A stretch of DNA of 47,711 nucleotides from a virus (Duplodnaviria; Caudoviricetes). Where the stretch lies: positions 1 to 47,711 of IMG/VR virus record IMGVR_UViG_3300005805_006188; one strand, 5' to 3'. Positions 9,138-21,800 of this stretch are shown here, one piece after another (position 1 is the first letter of the stretch; the number at the start of each line of letters is the position of its first letter). The translations under genes and the position numbers were made by a program. The notes below the pieces were generated by a model. It saw only the letters and a program-made list of their open reading frames with translations, was not told the DNA's origin and made no database searches.

Positions 9138-9812
9138 TTATCCAATACTACTTAAATTAGTTAAAGTTTGAATACGTACAGTATAATCAATTTGAATAAG
9201 TCTGTTTAAAGATTTTTGAACAGGATGAAATACAACATGAGTTAAAAGTTTGCCAGTGGTAGTAAGTCCGCTTGTACCATCAGTACTTCTTGCTTTGAGC
9301 CCTAATTCGTCAAACGTATACGTTTCGTTTAAATTAGTGCTTGTGTCAAATGCAGATTGTCCAGCTGGCTCTCCATAATCTAACAGGCAACTAATAACTA
9401 TATCCGTATACACTTGGCCAGGAGTATGTCTGATCTCCATTTTATTTCTAGTAGGATCTGAATTCAAAGTACTGGTATCGTCAACAATTTTTGCAAAAGT
9501 TGGGTTATATAAATTACTGTTACTGGTATTTGTATTAGATGGCAAGTAATTAATTATTCCGGTGGGATCCACACTGGTACCACCGTTACCAAAATGCATT
9601 TCGTATATGAAACTTTGTCCTTTGTTAGCCAAGCAGTAAGCTATTGCTTCTGATATATTTTCATAATGGATAGCGTTTCTTTTATTGACAAATATTTCTC
9701 CAGAATCTGGATCAAAAATTTTGATGTGTCCTTGGACGTAAACGCCGCTTTTTTCATCGGGTTTTTTAACACTATCTTGTTCAATTTTTTCAGTTTGACT
9801 GGTTTCTTCCAT
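9138..9812 (-). CDS. Conserved baseplate/tail-fibre attachment structural protein (putative)
   Basis: Beta-rich ORF with FDELGL and THVVFHPVQKSLNR motifs. Start is probably MEETSQ at 9812 because a late-promoter motif lies at 9818-9825. Confidence 0.6.
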   Translation of the reverse strand: MEETSQTEKIEQDSVKKPDEKSGVYVQGHIKIFDPDSGEIFVNKRNAIHYENISEAIAYCLANKGQSFIYEMHFGNGGTSVDPTGIINYLPSNTNTSNSNLYNPTFAKIVDDTSTLNSDPTRNKMEIRHTPGQVYTDIVISCLLDYGEPAGQSAFDTSTNLNETYTFDELGLKARSTDGTSGLTTTGKLLTHVVFHPVQKSLNRLIQIDYTVRIQTLTNLSSIG

Positions 9813-9817
9813 ATCAT

Positions 9818-9825
9818 TATTTATC
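9818..9825 (-). promoter_or_regulatory. T4-like late promoter (GATAAATA)
   Basis: TAAATA core just upstream of the ATG at 9812. Confidence 0.45.
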
Positions 9826-9835
9826 TGGTTTATAA

Positions 9836-12800
9836 TCATGGTGTATAACTAGGCTCCTGTCTTAAAAATACTGCACCATTAATTGTGCTATTTTCGAGCC
9901 CAACACCTGTGCCGTACGGAATCCACAAATTACTCTGGAGCAATGTTTGAGATTCGGTGCTTGTAATAATATTTCCATTGGCGTACCTTCTTGTTACTTC
10001 TACAGTTAAAGTACTTACAGCAACGTTACCATTTGCATTAATTTGTCCCAATAAATCAATATCGGCAGGGTATGCAGTTGTTGTTACCCCGTTTATAGAA
10101 ATAACATTTGCATTAGGCACATTAATATTTCCTGATACTAATTCAATTGGTATAACAGTATACAATCTTTCAGGCGAAGCAAATCCTTCAATAGTATAAG
10201 TTAACGGAGAATTTATAAGCATATCAAAATTATTGGCGTCATACAACGTGGCCTCAAATCCCAAGTCTTGGTTTCCTAAATCGTATCCTGTTTGAGCCGA
10301 TACGTTAGCAAGAACCCTGGCATTACCTGATACATTGTTTGCCTGAGTAATATAATCTCCAATAACTGCACTTACGTTTCCGTAGACTGTTAATCGATAG
10401 GTAACGTTAGAAGTAACATTTGCATTGCCTGATATAATGTTTGAAGCTATATTTGAATATACTGCCGATTGCGGAATCGCCTGAATGATACTACTGTCGG
10501 ATACCCGCGAATTAGCGAAATGTAAAGTTGGAATGCTAGTCCCATGAACTCCTCTACGAATCTGAGATAAAGAGTTTTCGTATACTAGAGTTAAATTACT
10601 TGTATTAATGTAACTATTACTATTGGCAAAAATATTACCAATTACTCTATAAACAGTACTTGTTGGGATACTAGGTATACCAGTTGAATTGTAAAATAAA
10701 AACGATCCATCAGTGGCCACTTCAATTTCTAAGTCATTGGTTGGGGTTGTGCCGCCTAGGCTATTACCTGTAATTTTAAATACATTTCCTACACTAATTG
10801 CTACATTTGTAAAATTTAAATTTACAGAATAATCGGTAGTATAGGCTCTTACATCAAAATTTACCCCTGACACATTAGATTGTATATTCGAATATAATAT
10901 TCCTAAATCAACGTTGATTAATGTATCAGTTGAAATATTTGTATTAGGAGTCCACAATGCAGCAGAACTGATATTAGTAGATGTATACCTTTGATAATAG
11001 TGTATTCTTTCTCCATTAATGAAAACCACTCCGGGGACTCCAGCAGCTGGATTAGGTATAGGAAGTTTTCCTACATCATCAACCAAAATATTAGTATCTG
11101 TAAAAGATAAATTAGCTGCAAGGTTTGCAGTTGCATTTGCACTTATTCGTGTAAATTCCGGAGATCCAATCATCGGATCAAAAATTCTGAATCCATATGA
11201 AGCAGTATTAGAAGAATTGTTTGTAAACACTCTCATTTCTAGTGTGTCATACATTCTACCAGGGACTAGTTCTTCAGGTGCATGACTACTATAGGTATCC
11301 ACATACGCACCGCCTGATATGTTTATGTCTTCTGGTCTGGTTCCTAATGCAGTATCTAAATAAGTGCTATAGATATTAGAATCTAAAACAGTGGTATCTA
11401 ATTCTAAATAACTGATTTTAACATTTGACAAACCACCGGTGCTTAATTCTTGAATATTGGCATAAGTTAAAATGTTATTGATGTAAATAAATTCCGGGGT
11501 TCCAGAAGAAACAATGGAGTACGTTTCTGACCCTTCTGGTGCACTTACAGTTTGTCTGAAACCTGTGGTTGTGTGTATAATATCTACATATCTTGAATTA
11601 ACTACATTAGCAAGAACATAAGCATTACCTAAAGTATTTGCCTGTGTTATTATATCTCCGGTATTAACAGTTACAGGATAGTCTAGTAGCATTCTGTAAG
11701 TAGTTTCAACCACCTCACCGGACAATCGCATATGATTATTATCTACACTGATGATTTTAAAATATCCATTATTTTTAAAATCAAAAGGATAATATCCCTG
11801 TATTCTTATAGTTTCGTCTAATTCAAATCCTAATTTTTGAAAATCTAAAATTTCAATGTTAGCACTTGTAATAGTTAAACCAATATAATTGAAACTCACT
11901 ATATTACTTGAAATTTCAAAACTGTTGGCAGTAAATTTTGCCGCTGAAACTTTTACTCCTGGATAATCAATGCCTTGCATTAATTCAGCAAAGCTATTAT
12001 TAGACATTCCTATACTAGGTTCGTAAAAAACTTTAATTCTATCAGTGGCTTTTAACAATACATTGCCGCTATCCAGTTTTGTGACCTTGGTATAATCAAA
12101 CGGCATACTGGTGCCCCATTGCTGGTTTAAAAGAAATGCTTCATTATTATAAGAAATGATATTTCCACTAGTAACCCATAGATTACCGGTTGTTGAATTA
12201 CCAGCTAAGACCGTTGGAGGTATTTGTATATTTGCTTCGTTGTATACCCATGGTAGTACATGAGAATTGTATAAAATTCTGTCAAATTTGATAGATGTAT
12301 TTGTGCTTCTAACAAGATTATAACTTGAGTTGTTACTTGAATATTCATTGCTTAAAACTGGATATACAATTGCCCCAGTTCCTACTCCATTGATAGTTAC
12401 TGTAGGAGTAGACGTATAGCCTTGTCCCGGATCTGTTACTATAACCCCGGTTATTTTACCGGTACTTAAATTCACTGTAGTTATAGCAGCGGCGCCAGAA
12501 CCGCCACCACCTGTAATTTCAACATTGGGTGCGGTTACAAATCCGGTCCCTGCATTACCAATTCTATACCCTGTTACTTTATAGGTGTAATTATTAAACC
12601 ATTGTTTATAAGGATCCACTGTAGACAATACAGATATATCTGTTGGTGTACTAAATGTATCCGTTGTTGCATTGTAAGTGCTAGGAAGATCAAAGTCTGT
12701 CCAATCTCCGGTAGCTATATCAAGTGCATCGTAAATTGGCAAATATTCTCTTAGTTTTGTTCTATATGGTTTTATTTCATTGATATAATTTTCGTAAAAA

Positions 12801-15800
12801 GTTTGATCATCTTTGATATAGTTTGGAATTTGTTCTAATTTACGTAAATTATGATAGACATCAATGAAACTGGTCTTAAAGATCCAATCTGTTGCTTTCT
12901 GCTCAGAGAAAATATAACTTATCATTGCAAAAAATACATCATTGAATCGAACGGATAGATCTTTGATTAAAATTTCTTGATATAAACTTTCAAATATTGA
13001 TACAAATTCTTTACCAATTTGAGGATCAAAACCTGTTACTTCAAATAAGGTGCTATCAAAACCTGCCCCTAATTCAACATTATAGACTTCCTCGTTAATA
13101 ATCAGAGTTGCATTTTGTGCGCCCATTAAATCTAATGTCAGGTCACTTCTGGCCTCATATATTAGCCATTGCCCGTTGCCGCTATCTAAAACTTTGATTA
13201 AATCACCTTCAGCATATGATAAACTTTGAATATCTCCATATGTTGGTACAATAAAATCTAATTTCCTTCCTGTATCAAAACCACTCTTATACCAATCTAA
13301 GCTTGACCAAAACAATGGGGTTTTAAAAGATTGAATTGATGAAATTTGAAACGATGTAGATGACGACTTATACTGATAAATGGTCCATTTATTATCATAA
13401 TCAGGATCCTGAGGAATTAAAACTTTGTACCCATCTTCTAAGACATTGGCATCTAAATATGATAATTGTGACGCAGAATCTACTTGTGCATCAAATCCGG
13501 TAGTTGGTAATGGTTCCTCATTGTACAAAGTAGTCGGGGTTGTTAGTAGTAAAATTGGGTACTGATTAAGAACGTTATTTACAGTCTGCACAAAAGTTCG
13601 TAGTGCATTAATCCTATTAACAAAAATTGATTGTCTTGGCTTAAACGAAGTACCGTACCTATCTTGCAGATTTAATAACACATCAGGAACGAGAGCCCCG
13701 ATAGAATCAAATCCTACCAGACTATCACGCATTTTATCAACAATTTTCTTAGGAAATTGTTGTAATCCATTTCCTTCTTGTATTAATTCAAACTCGCTAT
13801 GAATTAAATTTTGACCAAAAGTCTTGCCAAGATCTAAATGCAATATTATTTTATTTGATCGTAGATTTTCATTGGAATTAAAAATTGCAAAACTGTTCGG
13901 TGCCAGTAAAGCTACATAAGGTATTCCTTGATCTTTTGGATTTTGTATGTACGATTCTAGGGATTTAACACTCAAAGTTCGTTTTGAAATCAATGAATCA
14001 ACTGTAGTTTTATTACCAACCCAGTAATAATACTTTTGGATAATTACGCCTGTGTCAGGATCAACGGTCGATGTTATTGAGTATGCAGAGTTATCTTGAT
14101 ATTTTGGTATACCATTCCCCCCTGCTGCTACATATTGGCTAGGTAGGTAGGGGCTTTCTACCCATTCATATATTTTAATTTGACTCCCGGGGAATAATGC
14201 TCCCCAATTTTTTGTTCTATAGGCGATAGTTTCTTGTTCATAATCGACGAAACTGGCTAAAGAAAGATCCCACCAAGTTTTTCCAATTTGACGATTCGTC
14301 CAATAAAAACTTGTATTATGAATAACATTAGAATTGTTTGTATAATTATACGATGCTGGATCGTACTTTTCTCGGTAGTCAATTTCTTGATCAACTACTC
14401 CTAATATTTTACCTTTAGCAGGATCTATAAAATCAAAATAATCTATAAGTAGTGCAGATTCCGAGTCATATGTAAATACCGAATTTATTGCATTCAGATC
14501 TACCCGGGGTTTTTTATATCGTATTAAATCCCAACCTGCTATTTCATTAGGATTTACAAAAAAGTACACGCTTCCGGCCTGAGTGTAATTAAATTCCTCA
14601 TCTTTTGGCACGCCAATAAACATTGAATTATTGTTTAATTTAATTGATTTTCCAAATTCATAACCAGTTACCAAATCTGGTCCAAATAACTCTTGAGAAA
14701 GTACAAACAATGCCGGACTGTCAACAGATTGAAACGGGTTATCAACGAGATCGTAAATATAGACTGCCCCAGAATCTTTTATAAAGTCACTTATGTTGGT
14801 ACTAGTACTATCAAAGGTAGTAGACCCATCATCAAATTTAACTTTGGATTTGATATCACCACCTTCGCTTGCAATGGCCAACACCGACGATTCGGCATTT
14901 AATCCAATGGCTGTGCCAAATTTTTCTCCAGATGTGTAAGGATGGATTATATTTTGAGTTGTCTTATATATTTCGATCCCTAAATCCTCAAATGCAGTTC
15001 CTACTCCTTGTTTAATATCAAGTTTTTGCCCCGCGGTAATCACCCTACTAGAAATCTTTAACTTGTTGTTTACCTTTTCAGCAGTAACTCCGGGTATATT
15101 TGCAGCATTTATATCATTGATAACTGAGTTTAAAGTGTTCAAATTAAATTGAACAAAGACGTTGTTAATTACAATACTATGACCCGGAGTTACAGTGGGA
15201 TCGGATTTAGTAGCGGTGTACTCTCCGTAAATTCTTCCTATATTGACAATCCTGGAAACTGCACCTGATTGGTATCCTCCGACGGTGTATCCCACTGCAG
15301 ACACTATAATATTACATCCTGTTGAACATATCTCAATTTGATTTCCAAAGTAATGATTTTCTCCGCTTAATCCAACTATTCTCTGGTCAAATACAAACTG
15401 ATTAGTTTCAACAATTAATTTTTGAGATTTTGGTGGCGTTGCAAAGGCAGCAAATTGAACAGAATTTGCAACAATATAATAATCTGTATTTTCGATTAAC
15501 TCGGAATCATTTAGTTTAACACTTCTTACAGTATTGAAATTGTTCGGGCAAGTATATGTTCCAGATAATCCATCAGTAAAAAATTCATTGATAGTTCTAT
15601 GATAAACATAAACCGCACCTGATTTATCAATTGAATCAACACTTTCTCCCGGAGCTCCGACAACAATAACCGATCCATCGGAATTACATGCAATACTACT
15701 ACCAAATAGAGAAGTGCTGCCGGCTTCTGTGCTTACAGGTAATGTCTCAATTAATTTATAATAATAAGTTCTTGCAAATGCGGCATACTTCTCTCCGGAC

Positions 15801-18800
15801 GCCGGAATTGAATTAAAGATTATATTTGATCCTGCGCCTGCATCTGTTACAGTAACGGTAATATCATTTGTCGGAGAAGTACCTCCAATATCTGTACCTA
15901 ATATGGTTAAATTGTCACCGATTGTATATGAGTCACCGGCATTGCTTATTGATAAATCAATTGTATAGGCAGTCCCAGTGGTCAATGGCACTCCTGGTGT
16001 TATTCCTGATCCTGTAGCTACAAATACTGTTCCTGCTAAATTATCTACTGCCCCTAATGCTACAAAATCTGTTGTTCCTGGTGTAGCAATTTTATAAGTT
16101 TTGCCGACAGCAAAGCCTGTTCCTATCCCAGGGCCTACTAAAGTTACTGCTACATCAAATTGAGCACCAGAACCAGAACCTCCGGTAGTAACAACATTAA
16201 AATTCAATCCTAGTGTGCTAGGAGGCGTGCTTGTAAATGTAAAGTCAGTAACGCCGGAAGTAATTTGTGCTATTGTATAATCTTTGTAAGGAATTAGTTC
16301 AGTAACAGTTAAGGAATTATAAATTGTTATCTCGGTTGGATTGGCGATAATTACCGGTAGAGTAAAAGTATCATTTACACTGTTTCCGGTGTATATCGCA
16401 GTTTTTTCTTCTCTTTCTGAATATAAAGCATAACAATGCACAAGATTTGAATTTGGGCCGGTTACATCTTCTTTGCCTGGAGCTCCAATGTAGATAAATT
16501 TTCCATCGTTGGACATAGCTAGAGATTGTCCAAAATTATCGTTGGCTCCACCGGAATTATCTACGAGAATTTGTTGTAATACTTGATTTTTATAAACATA
16601 AACTAAACCTTGACCAGAATAACTGTTTGGTGCTCCTACAGCTAAAAAATTATCTCCGTTTGCTAAAGAAGTCCCAAACTTTGATAAATTAGAATTTTTA
16701 CCAAACACAGACGAAACTAAAATCCATTCATCTGTAGTGGTATTTTTTTGATAAACAGCCACTTTACCTGGACCCGAATAAGGAGCTCCGGAATAAAAAA
16801 TTTGTCCGTTTGAATCTAGACTCATTGTAAATCCAAATTGGTCTGATCCTTGGTATTGGCTTTCGTTTAATGTAAATTTTGTATAATATTCCCAGGGATC
16901 GGCTTTATTGTAGACCCCCCAATTTTGGTCGTAATCTAAATTATCTACCCAGACTTTATCATTTGCAATCCATCCTCTAGTTGGCGCTACATTAATAATA
17001 TCTGTGGCGTAATTTACTCTCATTGAGGACAATTTGTATAAAATACCGTTACCAATTATTGCTTGAAGCTCTATTAAAGTAGATAGATTTTGATACATTT
17101 CTACTATAACTCTAGTTAAATCAACTACAGTTTTAACTTTATAAAGCCCATTATATCTGCTATCAAAGTTTTTTAATACAATAATATCGTTAACTTGTAA
17201 AGTATGTGGTTCATTATGTACAAATTCTACTAAATTATCAACGCTATATCGAATTGCAAATAATATACCTTCTATGTGACTGACCCTCAACACATCCCAC
17301 TCATCGTTTAAATTTTTTGCTGTCCATAACTTCCACCCTGTACCAATGGAATTTATTTCTTGATTTAACTCCGAGTAATTGTTTAAATCGAATAAAGTAG
17401 AATTTACGTCATTTTGATAAACATAACCAGCAACCGGTAACGGTTTTATTTCATCACTTACTGCTAAATTTTTAGTTTTGAATACGTTAGGATTCCAATC
17501 TCCACTAATTTTGTATAAATCGTTAAATTTATATGTAACGATTTCTGCTTCGGGAACCATTGTATCATCAACAAACTGCACCGCTGCTGGGTTATCTGTA
17601 ATTTGACTTTCGTCTAAAGCAATTTCAATGTATTGATTATCATCAATTGATCCATATTCACCAATTCTTACTGCCCAATTTTCATAAACGTTAATGTCGG
17701 TATTGATGTTGTTGAACTTGGCTCCCCTTAGAGCCACGATAGAATTAGTAGTTCCTTTTTGTTTGATAAGACCTTGATAGAATTTGCTCTGGGTCGTAGC
17801 ATCTATACCTAAATCAGTGAAGAATTTTCTATCTCGGTAACCTATTAATCCGTTGCTGAATAATTGTAAATTTTCATTGTATGGTTGATTCTCGATGTCG
17901 TAGAAAAGTAGACTTTGACTTGAATTTGTTGCAAAATTATTAATCATCCCAGACTTTAATTCTGTTGATGAAATTAGTTTCCAATTATTGACCTGAAACT
18001 TATCTGCAGCATTAATGTTCTGTAATGCTGTATAATATTTTCCTTTGTGTTCAACTATACTACCTTTGAGATAGTCTGTGCCAACTATCCATGGTTCTAC
18101 AGTTGGGCTACTGTAAATAAACCCAGGTAATTCTAAACTACCGTTCCAGCTATCGGTCTTTGACCCTAACATCTTTAATCGGAATTGCCTATTGCCTAGT
18201 TCCGGAGAATATATAACATCATTGAAAACTGTTTGATTGTCTAATATTACAATATGTTCATGTTGTACAACGTTTAATTCTGCAAAACCTATTGATTGAT
18301 CATTGTTAGATACGAATGTGAATAAATTATTCTCTCTATAGATTGTGAAATTATTTTTCTTTATTACACGATTATTAACATCTAAAACTTTTGATCCATA
18401 AGGATTGTTTTTTATTTCATCAATGATTGAAGTATCATCAAAATATCTAAGAGTATTCTTTACAGGAGTTAATACAAGAACACTACCAGTTCGCCATCCT
18501 TGTTCGGCCCAATGTAAAAATTCTTTAACACTTAAAATCCAATCTTGCTTTTCACCTAAGATATCATTAAAGTCATCAAAGATAAACCCTTGAGATATCA
18601 AATATCTTTGATAACTTACTAAGAAATCAACAACCTGTTGTCTTTTATTAAATTCAAATCCATATGGTATAGTTAATTTAGTTTGTTTAAAATCTTTATA
18701 AATTACTCCTCTAGAATTTCCTTGTGTGATTACGTAAGAATTATTATTTGGTAAGCTAGGAATAATAAAAAAATAAGGATTAGTAGTATTATACCCAGAA

Positions 18801-21800
18801 ACGGTATATCCAGCTGCCGATTTCTCTACCAGAACGGCACTATACTGAATTTTGTTTAGAGGTGTTCCCTTGTAAAGTTCTATTCTATAGTTTTCATCCG
18901 GTATAACAATACTATCATTGACACTGGTAGGTGAACTTTGTTCTGCTAACAACGTTATGAATTTTTTATCAGTGAATCCAGCAATTTTATAGGTTAATTG
19001 AATTGATATCTTTGACAAATTATCCTTTACATAGGCAGCAGAATCATCGACTCCTAAATTTTTAACATAGTCTACAATCCAGTTAAGATATCCGGCACTA
19101 CGTTCAATGCTACCTGAACTATGATAACCATTGACCAATATTGATGTTGGTGTTAGATGTTGCCCAGAATCTTTTACTAAAAACTGTGCCGTAATTGGGT
19201 CTCTATAAAAGTTTGTGGTGTTACTAAGCAATGAAAAATATTTTGCTGGTTTTGCTAATGCTAATCCTAAATTAACTGCATATGGATAATCGCTACTTCT
19301 TCTCCAGGCCGTTTCTGCAGGACCATGATCGCCAAAAGCAAAACTTGTATTAGCCATGGCGCTATCAAAATCAACTACTAAAATTTTCTCGGGACTTATT
19401 AAATTTCCCGATTCATCAACAGGTATGTAATTTTGTAAATTAGGTCTTCGATATCTAATATCAAATCCTGCCCGGTCTCCTGCATGAATATATCCTTGAC
19501 TTAAATCACTCCATAAAATAGCATTACCGCCTGTATAAGGGGCTGGACCATATCTATCATTCCAATAATCAGGCTTTGAAGTAAAGCCAAGCATTTCCCA
19601 TGGATGTGTATGCGGTCTATCGGTATCATAAAAATATTTAAAAACACTTCTCCATGTTCCCGGTAAACTTTCTCCGTTAATTATATCGCGGAATCTTTTA
19701 AAGTTCCATGTAAATGGATCCGACGCCTTAAAAGTATCATTAGTGGTGTAATCTATTTTATTAGTTCCAACCCATGACAAAAACATAGAGCCACAGATTT
19801 GATTAAACTCGGCATTTGTATAACTAGTATTTCTAAATTTGCCCGGCAAATAATCGTACAAATTAAAATTGTTAGGGGTATATTCTACTTTAAGATTATT
19901 GTAAATTCTTCTTTCTAATTCTAATAGGACATTATCTCTATAGTCGTTAAAACATGGTGTAATACTTCCGTCGTGTCCTTGTATAACTTGTATTGGATCT
20001 CTATAAGTGTTGTCGGTGTAAATCTCTGGAATATATTTTGGGTATAAACCTAATTTAGTAGGAGTTTCGGGAATATAACTTCCATCAGTATTGTTATATT
20101 CAACTATATCAATTAAATCTCCATACAGCAACGTAAAGGTATTGTAAAAAACTATTGCAGGTCTTGTTTGATCAAAATAAAAATCTTTATTCTTAACTAG
20201 CAAAATAGTAGACGATTGTCCGTCTACCACTCTAGTGAGATAAACAAAGACAGCTTTATTTTGCAGTACAGTGTCTTGAAAAATATTTGTAATTTCGTAA
20301 GACCGAATAGTAGGTGATAAAACAGTATAAGTTGGTAATTTTGTGTTATCCATTGCCGAATACGGTATCATATCACTATAATACCACGGGAACGAATTAT
20401 TTTTTAAATCATTGATTCTGTTTAAAATTACGTCAACGCATCCAGCTACATCATTTCTATCTAAGTCTAAATTAGCTGCTAATTCTAAGAATTTTATTTT
20501 GAAGTTTGTATACTCTTTACTTGCTAAACGTAAAGAATCTACAAAATTCATTGCTGAATGAGTTAAGAATAGACTTGAATATAGCACCGGTGAGCTGTGC
20601 TGTAAAATACTTCCACCTTTGTTAACAAAGCTAATATCTCGTAAATTACTATTACCAGGTACATCTCCTATAATGTCAATACTTTTTGTTTTAATTGTAA
20701 TCAAATGATTACGCATTTGTCCTAGTGTCAATGTGCTTAAATTTATGTTTTGCCCATTGATATCGAGATTTATTGGAATCTCGTAATAAGCATTTGGTAA
20801 AGCTTCGACACTATTGTATAATAAAACAAAAATTACATCGTTTGTTGTTAACAAGTCTTGGTTAACTAAAATTGCATATTTGTCGACAACTTTTGTAAGT
20901 GCAAAATTATCATTGGTAATAATTCTATTATTGATATAAACTTTAATATTAGGCGAATTATCACTCAGATCTGGCAAATTGTCAATTGGGAATAAACTTG
21001 TACTTCCATCATAAACAAAATTATAAATTTGGAATTGTTTTGTGAAATTATCTGCAATAGTCCAAATATTTTGTCTAATAGAAGTGCTGCGATCAAGATT
21101 TTTTTGTAATAATCCTGAGTTGGTTTTTATACTCCCCGAAGTTCCTCCTTGTGTGACATACTCAAAAGTTTCTGTATCATAATTGTTGACGAATTCAATG
21201 TCGCCTTGGGCTATAAAATTTTTATAGCTCAGTGGAAATCCTAATATTTCATCAGCTGTACCATTCCCTATTTTATATGAAAATATTTTTGTGCCATTAA
21301 AACTAGAGCCGGGGTACGTAGAAGTACCAGCAAGACTTACACCATTATTATCAACAATATCAAACAACGGGTGTTGGTTTATTGAAGTTTTTTGTTGTGC
21401 AGATATCCAATTTGTTCCATTATAATACCATTGCTTTTTTCCGTTATCACCGCTTCTTACAATTAAAACATGTCCTGCTTCAACTGTGGTATCTTCTGTT
21501 TCTTCGATGTACGCTCTGTAAACTACTGGGTTTGGTGCAACAGTCTGTTGAATAATTGAAAAATTATATATTTTATTTCTTACATTATTGTTTTCATCAT
21601 TGGAAAATACCACTCTATCGCCATTGGTTAATGTCACAGACTTACCATTAATCGTAAAGGTATGACTACTTGTAGACGGGCACACTATACCTTGAATTTG
21701 CGTGTAAGCATTAGTTACTATTGTATCTAATATATTAACTGGATTTTTTGCAAGTGTGCCAAAGTTATATAACTGCAAATCTGCTTCGAATTCAATGATT

